Shown one piece after another: positions 58,439 through 64,000 of a stretch of 64,000 nucleotides of DNA. Below the pieces are notes generated by a model, which ran no database searches, was not told the origin of the DNA, and saw only the letters and a program-made list of their open reading frames with translations. The first letter of the stretch is position 1; each line of letters opens with the position of its first letter. Source of the stretch: Gemmatimonadaceae bacterium (lineage in GTDB: Bacteria; Gemmatimonadota; Gemmatimonadetes; Gemmatimonadales; Gemmatimonadaceae); the NCBI GenBank assembly GCA_051859245.1, contig JBHYGA010000001.1, positions 576,001-640,000 on the forward strand. Reading direction: 5' to 3'. The position numbers and the translations under genes are program-made.

Positions 58439-58450
58439 CGCCGGGTTCTC

Positions 58451-60070
58451 ATGACCACTCGCCGGGATTTCCTATCGCGTACGTCGGTGTCGCTGCTGTC
58501 GCTCGCGGCCGCGCCCACAATTCTCGCGGTACGCGCCGATCACGACATCATCCTGCGTGGCGGCACCGTGTATGACGGTACGGGCTCGAGCGGACGTGTG
58601 CTTGATGTTGGCATCACCAACGGTCGCATTGCAGAAATCAGCGCACGAATTTCCGGCCGCGGACGCGAGGAGATCGACGTGCGTGGCTTGGTCGTCGCGC
58701 CAGGCTTTGTGGATCTGCACTCGCACGCGGACAGCTCGCTCTTTGACGATGCGCGCGCGGAATCGGTGATCCGCCAGGGCATTACCACAATTGTTGGCGG
58801 CGCCGATGGAAGTTCGCGCGCGGTCGGCACGCCGGCACGACCATTCAAGGCATACTTCGACAGCATTAACCGCCTCAAGCCGTCGTGCAATGTGGCGAGC
58901 AACGTTGGTCTGGGCAGTGTGCGCGGGGCGGTGGTTGGTAACGATGACCGGCCGGCCACGCCAAGCGAACTCAACACCATGCGCGACTGCGTGGAGCGCG
59001 CGCTCACTGATGGTGCGTGCGGTGCATCCACCGGGCTCGAGTACACGCCGGGTGCGTTTGCGTCGCTCGAAGAGCTGATTGCGTTGTGCACACCGCTGGC
59101 GTCTCGTGGATTGATCTACTCCACGCACATGCGCAATGAAGATGATCGATTGCTGCAGGCGATCGATGAATCCATTGCCGTGGCAAAGGGGGCAGGCTGC
59201 GGGTTGCAGATCTCGCATCTCAAAACGCAGGGACCGCGCAACTGGGGTGTGCTCGACACGGTGTTCGCGCGCATTGAAGCGGCGCGCGCCGACGGCATGG
59301 ACGTTGCCTTTGATCGCTATCCGTATCTCGCATACGCCACCGGTCTCACCAGCTTGTTCCCGGTGTGGAGTCGTGATGGCGGCACAGACGCGTTCTTTCG
59401 CCGGCTCGATGATGCGTCCGTAGCACCACGTATTCGCGAAGAAACGCTGGCCAAGATCGCGCTGGTCGGTGGCTGGGACAATGTGCAGATCACTTCGGTG
59501 CGCGCGGTTGAAGATCGTGACGCGGAAGGCGCACGTCTGGGTGCCTACGCGGCGCGCAGCAACACCGATCCGTACGAGCGAACGGTGCAGCTTCTTCGGC
59601 GCAGCGAAGGCAATGTGAGTATGATCGGATTTGCGATGAGCGAGACCAATCTCGAACGCATTCTTTCGCATCCGCTCGGCATGGTGTGTACCGATGGCGG
59701 CGGTTTTGCGATCGACGGGCCAACACGCCGCGGCAGCCCGCACCCTCGCGGCATTGGCAGCTTTGCGCGCGTGCTTGGCCGGTACGTGCGTGAGCGCAAG
59801 ACACTCAGCATGGCGTCAGCGATTCACAAAATGAGTGCGTTGCCCGCGAGTCGCGCGCGTCTCGTGGATCGTGGACGCATTGCGGTCGGGCAGTGGGCCG
59901 ACGTGATCGCGTTCGACGCACAGACCGTGGCGGATGTGGCAACGTTCGAAGCGCCGTTTCAGTATCCGGTGGGCATGCGGATGGTGCTCGTGAATGGAGC
60001 AGTCGCGCTGCGCGATGGATCGCGCAGTGCCACGGGCACCGGCCGTGCACTACGGCACGGGGTGGGTTGA
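58451..60070 (+). CDS. N-acyl-D-amino-acid deacylase (amidohydrolase 3) with Tat signal
   Basis: TRRDFL; APGFVDLHSH, STGLEYTPG, THMRNE, ISHLK, HPRG.G. Confidence 0.92.
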   Translation: MTTRRDFLSRTSVSLLSLAAAPTILAVRADHDIILRGGTVYDGTGSSGRVLDVGITNGRIAEISARISGRGREEIDVRGLVVAPGFVDLHSHADSSLFDDARAESVIRQGITTIVGGADGSSRAVGTPARPFKAYFDSINRLKPSCNVASNVGLGSVRGAVVGNDDRPATPSELNTMRDCVERALTDGACGASTGLEYTPGAFASLEELIALCTPLASRGLIYSTHMRNEDDRLLQAIDESIAVAKGAGCGLQISHLKTQGPRNWGVLDTVFARIEAARADGMDVAFDRYPYLAYATGLTSLFPVWSRDGGTDAFFRRLDDASVAPRIREETLAKIALVGGWDNVQITSVRAVEDRDAEGARLGAYAARSNTDPYERTVQLLRRSEGNVSMIGFAMSETNLERILSHPLGMVCTDGGGFAIDGPTRRGSPHPRGIGSFARVLGRYVRERKTLSMASAIHKMSALPASRARLVDRGRIAVGQWADVIAFDAQTVADVATFEAPFQYPVGMRMVLVNGAVALRDGSRSATGTGRALRHGVG

Positions 60071-60078
60071 GGCCCGAC

Positions 60079-60723
60079 TCAACGCACCCCGATATCCTTG
60101 TGCGTCTGCACTGACAAGCGCCACTGCGGATGCGCCAGGCAGTACGCAATCGCCGCCGCCGTGTTCTCGGCGCGATGCGGACCATCCATCGGTTGCAGCA
60201 GAAAGTGGTCGAACGCGAGTGATGCAAATCGCGCGGGATCGCCGAGCGCTCCTGTCTGCGGAAACACGAGCTTGAGCTCCTGCCCACGTGTTTGCACCAA
60301 CGTGGCATTCACCTTCGGGCTCACGCAGAGCCAGTCAATGCCGTCAGGCGCGGCAATCGTGCCGTTGCTCTCCACCGCGATCTCGAACCCGGCGGCGTGC
60401 AACGCATCGATCGCGGCCGCGTCCAGTTGCAAGAGCGGTTCACCGCCCGTGCACACAACGAACGGACGCACATGCGATGGTGCATCTGCCGGCCAACGTG
60501 ACTTCACGGCGTTCGCCAGCAATTCGGCCGAAGCAAACTTGCCGCCATCGGGACCGACCCCCACAAAATCCGTGTCGCAAAACTGACAGATCGCATTCGC
60601 GCGATCCGCTTCCCGTCCCGTCCACAGATTGCAACCGCTGAATCGACAAAACACCGCGGGGCGACCCGCGTTCACACCTTCGCCCTGCAGCGTGTAGAAG
60701 ATTTCCTTGACGGTGTAAGTCAC
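60079..60723 (-). CDS. queE: 7-carboxy-7-deazaguanine synthase (radical SAM, Cx14CxxC type)
   Basis: [49 protein letters not shown] overlap with the queC stop. Confidence 0.95.
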   Translation of the reverse strand: MTYTVKEIFYTLQGEGVNAGRPAVFCRFSGCNLWTGREADRANAICQFCDTDFVGVGPDGGKFASAELLANAVKSRWPADAPSHVRPFVVCTGGEPLLQLDAAAIDALHAAGFEIAVESNGTIAAPDGIDWLCVSPKVNATLVQTRGQELKLVFPQTGALGDPARFASLAFDHFLLQPMDGPHRAENTAAAIAYCLAHPQWRLSVQTHKDIGVR

Positions 60724-61460
60724 GAGGCGCGTGACTCCACGTAGGCAATGGGATCGTGTGCGCCCGCTTCGGCAAAGCCTTTCAGGCGCAGCAAGCACGC
60801 ATCACAGTGTCCACACGCGGCGCCATCCGGTGCGGGATCATAACAGCTCGTGGTGATCGAGTAGTCCACGCCGAGCGAGTGGCCAAGCGACACAATGCCC
60901 GCTTTGGTGAGATGCAGCAGTGGCGCATGAATCGTGAGACGCTGCGTGCCTTCCACACCCGCACGCGTAGCCAGATTCGCCATATGTTCAAACGCGCGCA
61001 AATACTCCGGACGACAGTCTGGATAGCCGGAATAATCCAGCGCGTTCACGCCAACAAAAATGTCGGTCGCGCCAAGTGTCTCTGCCCAGGCAAGTGCAAA
61101 CGACAGAAAGATCGTATTACGTGCCGGCACGTACGTGATGGGAATATCGTGCGCCGCCGAGACATCGCGATCCTTGGGGACAGCCGCATCGCTGGTGAGC
61201 GCTGAGCCTCCCCACTGCCGCAGATCAATGTCGACCACCACGTGCGCGGCCACGCCCTGCGCCGCCGCAACTCGATGCGCGGCGTCGATTTCGTGCGAGT
61301 GGCGTTGGCCGTAGCGAAAGGTCATGGCGTGCGGCGCGAATCCATCGCGTCGGGCCACAGCCAGCACGGTGGTGGAATCAAGGCCGCCGCTGAGCAACAC
61401 CACGGCGGGTTTCGCGGCGTTCGGCGGGCTCTGGGGTATCGAACTCTCGGTTACTGGCAT
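60720..61460 (-). CDS. queC: 7-cyano-7-deazaguanine synthase
   Basis: [41 protein letters not shown]. Confidence 0.97.
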   Translation of the reverse strand: MPVTESSIPQSPPNAAKPAVVLLSGGLDSTTVLAVARRDGFAPHAMTFRYGQRHSHEIDAAHRVAAAQGVAAHVVVDIDLRQWGGSALTSDAAVPKDRDVSAAHDIPITYVPARNTIFLSFALAWAETLGATDIFVGVNALDYSGYPDCRPEYLRAFEHMANLATRAGVEGTQRLTIHAPLLHLTKAGIVSLGHSLGVDYSITTSCYDPAPDGAACGHCDACLLRLKGFAEAGAHDPIAYVESRAS

Positions 61461-61555
61461 CTCTGAAAGGTACCTCCCCGAAGCCCGTGGATGGTATTCT
61501 TCAGCGTCCAAACCGTCACCCCAAGCCCCGACTGCCTGTGCCCAAAGGATTTACG

Positions 61556-62791
61556 ATGGCTTTCTCCGTCCGCACCGCCGCTGTGGTGGCCGGCGCGCTC
61601 ATCGGCACCTCACTGGTGGCCTGTGCGCAGACCGGTACCAATGGCGCCGCGCCGAGCCGAACGACCGCCGCCGCTGCGTACGCGCCGGAGATCACCGAGG
61701 CCGACCTGCGCCGACGGCTGTATATCTACGCCGACGATTCCATGCAGGGGCGCGACGCCGGCAGCGTCGGGCATGAGCGCGCGCTGACGTACATCGTGGG
61801 CGAGCTCACGCGACTGGGCATCAAGCCCGCGGGCGTGAACGGTTACTACCAACGCGTTCCCATTCTCTCGCGCTCACGAGTGGGCGGCGCGCCGGCGGAT
61901 ACGAGCTGGTCACGCAACGTGATTGCGGTGATCGAAGGAAGTGACCCCACGTTGAAAGCCGAATACGTCGCGCTCGGTGCACACAGCGATCACGTGGGGT
62001 TCTCACGTCGACCGGTTGATCACGATTCCATGCGCGCATTCCTGCAGGCCGGATGGAATGCGATTGGACGTGATCCCAACGCGCGCGGGCCGTCACCGGA
62101 ACAGCGCGCCTCGATTCGCGTGAACGTGGATTCGCTGCGCACGATTCGTCCGGCGCGACTCGATTCCATTTACAACGGTGCCGACGATGACGGCTCCGGT
62201 TCCATGGCCCTGCTCGAGATCGCGGAAGCGTTCGCAACGAACGCCGCCAAGCCCAAGCGTTCGCTGCTGCTGGTGTGGCACACGGCGGAGGAGAAGGGAT
62301 TGATCGGCGCTGAGTGGTTCATGGACAATCCGACAGTCGCGCGAAACAGGATTGTCGCGCAGATCAACATTGATATGATCGGCCGCGGCGCGGCGCGTGA
62401 TGTCAAGGGTGGTGGTGATGACTTTATCACGATCCTTGGACCAAAGCGGCTCTCGTCGCAGTTTGATCAGTGGGTGCGCGATGTGAACAACAAACAGTCG
62501 CGTCCGCTTACGCTCGACTACGAGTTTGACGGCGATGGACACCCGCAGCAGTTCTACTGCCGCAGTGATCATTATCACTACGCGCGCTACGGCATTCCGA
62601 TCGCGTTCTTCTTTACCAGTATCCACGAAGATTATCATCAAGTCACCGATGAGCCGCAGTACATCGAATATCCGAAGTACACGCGCATCACGCGGTATCT
62701 GCATGAGCTGGCAGCGTTCACCGCGAATCAGGCAAACGCGCCGGTGATCGACAAACCCAGGCTAGATCCGAACGGTACGTGTCGTCAGTAG
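61556..62791 (+). CDS. M28-family metallopeptidase lipoprotein
   Basis: LVAC lipobox; GAHSDH, NGADDDGSG, AEEKGL, NIDMIG, RSDH, DYHQVTD. Confidence 0.92.
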   Translation: MAFSVRTAAVVAGALIGTSLVACAQTGTNGAAPSRTTAAAAYAPEITEADLRRRLYIYADDSMQGRDAGSVGHERALTYIVGELTRLGIKPAGVNGYYQRVPILSRSRVGGAPADTSWSRNVIAVIEGSDPTLKAEYVALGAHSDHVGFSRRPVDHDSMRAFLQAGWNAIGRDPNARGPSPEQRASIRVNVDSLRTIRPARLDSIYNGADDDGSGSMALLEIAEAFATNAAKPKRSLLLVWHTAEEKGLIGAEWFMDNPTVARNRIVAQINIDMIGRGAARDVKGGGDDFITILGPKRLSSQFDQWVRDVNNKQSRPLTLDYEFDGDGHPQQFYCRSDHYHYARYGIPIAFFFTSIHEDYHQVTDEPQYIEYPKYTRITRYLHELAAFTANQANAPVIDKPRLDPNGTCRQ

Positions 62792-62837
62792 CACGCCGGT
62801 CTCTCGCGAACTCGTGTTCACCCCAATGGAGTAGTTG

Positions 62838-63599
62838 ATGGAGCTACTGTCGGATCCGAATGTCTGGATTTCGTTGCTGACGTTAACGGTGCTGGAAATT
62901 GTCCTTGGCATCGACAACATCATTTTCATTTCCATTCTGGCGTCGCGGCTGGAAAAGTCGCAGCAACCGAAGGCTCGCCGTCTTGGACTGATGGGCGCGT
63001 TTGTCAGTCGACTCGCGCTGCTGGCGTCGATTGCGTGGATTGCGGGGCTGACCAATCCACTGTTCACTTTTGTTGGACGCGGATGGGCCGGCCGCGATCT
63101 GATTCTTGTGTTTGGCGGTCTGTTCCTGATCGGCAAGGCCGTGCTCGAGATTCATCACAAGCTCGAACCGCAGGGCGCGACCAAGGACGAAGTGACAAAA
63201 GCCGCGTCGTCCATGCTGGCCGTCGTCTCCCAGATCATGGTCATCGACATCGTCTTCTCGCTCGACTCGGTGATCACCGCGGTCGGCATGGCCGAACATC
63301 TGGAGGTGATGATTGCCGCCAATGTCATCGCCCTGGCAGTGATGCTGGCGGCGGTCACGCCGGTGAGCGAGTTCGTGGAGAAGCACCCCACCGTGAAAAT
63401 GCTGGCGCTCGCGTTCCTGGTGCTGATCGGTACCAACCTTGTGGCGGAGGGCTTCGGTCAGCACATCTCCAAGGGCTACACGTATTTCGCGATGGCCTTC
63501 TCGGTACTCGTGGAAATGCTGAACTTGCGGCTGCGGAAGTCGATCGTGCCGGTTGAACTGCGCGTGGAAGACGACGCGGAGCCGCGCGCAAAGAGCTAG
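62838..63599 (+). CDS. terC: TerC-family membrane protein
   Basis: LEIVLGIDNIIFI, DIVFSLDSVITAVGM, KGYTYFAMAFS. Confidence 0.93.
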   Translation: MELLSDPNVWISLLTLTVLEIVLGIDNIIFISILASRLEKSQQPKARRLGLMGAFVSRLALLASIAWIAGLTNPLFTFVGRGWAGRDLILVFGGLFLIGKAVLEIHHKLEPQGATKDEVTKAASSMLAVVSQIMVIDIVFSLDSVITAVGMAEHLEVMIAANVIALAVMLAAVTPVSEFVEKHPTVKMLALAFLVLIGTNLVAEGFGQHISKGYTYFAMAFSVLVEMLNLRLRKSIVPVELRVEDDAEPRAKS

Positions 63600-63639
63600 C
63601 GGCATCGTTCGCCAACGCACGACTCATCGTGCTGACCTG

Positions 63640-63685
63640 AAATCCGCTGTCTTCTGTGTCACCCACAGGAGACAGCGGATTTTTT
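63640..63685 (+). terminator. Long rho-independent terminator after terC
   Basis: 19-bp stem aaatccgctgtcttctgtg / cacaggagacagcggattt (one G:U), 5-nt loop, T-tract. Confidence 0.85.
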
Positions 63686-63759
63686 GCATGGGCTCCACGC
63701 GGTCGCGCAAGCCGTTGTGGCGATTGTACTTGGGCGTTTGACGCTGCCGTCGGGCACGC

Positions 63760-63775
63760 TGGCCCGCGACGTGCA
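63760..63775 (+). promoter_or_regulatory. Putative sigma-54 promoter
   Basis: TGGCCCGCGACGTGCA with GG-N10-GC spacing, 36 nt upstream of an ATG with a strong RBS. Confidence 0.6.
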
Positions 63776-63811
63776 CCTGGGCAGAGCAACCAAGTCCTCC
63801 AGGAGGGGATC

Positions 63812-64000
63812 ATGAACACTGCTCTTGTCCGTCGCGCTTCCGTGGTCCGTCGCCCCGTCGTCACTGCAGACTCCCATTCTGCGTCCGTCAAGCTGTGGCT
63901 GGCGGCGGGTGCGGCGATCACGGTCCTCGCGCTCACGCCGCTGCAACTGCGCGCGCAAACGGGACTGGGCATCGGCGGCGCTGTCACGCCGTACGCCGGT
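63812..64000 (+). CDS. Partial exported protein (runs off the window; possibly an outer-membrane beta-barrel)
   Basis: RBS aggagg; MNTALVRR..LALTPLQLRA/QTGLGIGGAVTPYAG; no stop before the window end; absent from the ORF track. Confidence 0.65.
   Translation, partial: MNTALVRRASVVRRPVVTADSHSASVKLWLAAGAAITVLALTPLQLRAQTGLGIGGAVTPYAG

Noticed and set aside
52035..61460. dpd-type 7-deazaguanine DNA modification or QueC-based defence system
   Set aside because: Canonical queC/E/D; no dpdA, TatD, helicase or other defence partners adjacent.
61461..61555. preQ1 riboswitch upstream of queC
   Set aside because: No P1 stem with an A-rich tail recognisable; the gap is shared with a divergent gene.
62792..62837. 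yybP-ykoY manganese riboswitch upstream of terC
   Set aside because: Only 46 nt; ggagta is better explained as the RBS.

Overview
GC-rich bacterial chromosomal window. Gene content and style suggest Gemmatimonadota; this is an inference, no search was run. It holds about 54 protein-coding genes and two tRNAs (Ala-CGC, Gln-CTG). No CRISPR array, prophage, integrase or IS element was seen. Recognisable genes include usp-mntR, glgB, ugd plus a UDP-glucuronate epimerase, mgtE, rnz, a class II photolyase, an RND pair, beta-carbonic anhydrase, queD/queE/queC, terC and several exported hydrolases. The most unusual observations are: (1) a MacB/FtsX-type ABC operon (1259-5584) in which one permease appears split at its periplasmic 'GR' motif into two genes in swapped order, the C-terminal half with its own signal peptide and the N-terminal half fused to an AttH/CrtC-like lipocalin domain; (2) back-to-back sigma-28-like promoters driving a porin plus a small binding protein on one strand and a chemoreceptor on the other; (3) a DUF4956 membrane protein coupled to a secreted CotH-like kinase, divergent from a PafA-type phosphatase; (4) TACGTC boxes at an exact 22-bp period upstream of an SGNH hydrolase beside a STAND-LuxR regulator; (5) a degenerate HATPase-REC protein; (6) two sigma-54-like promoters. 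All functional calls come from reading motifs by eye.
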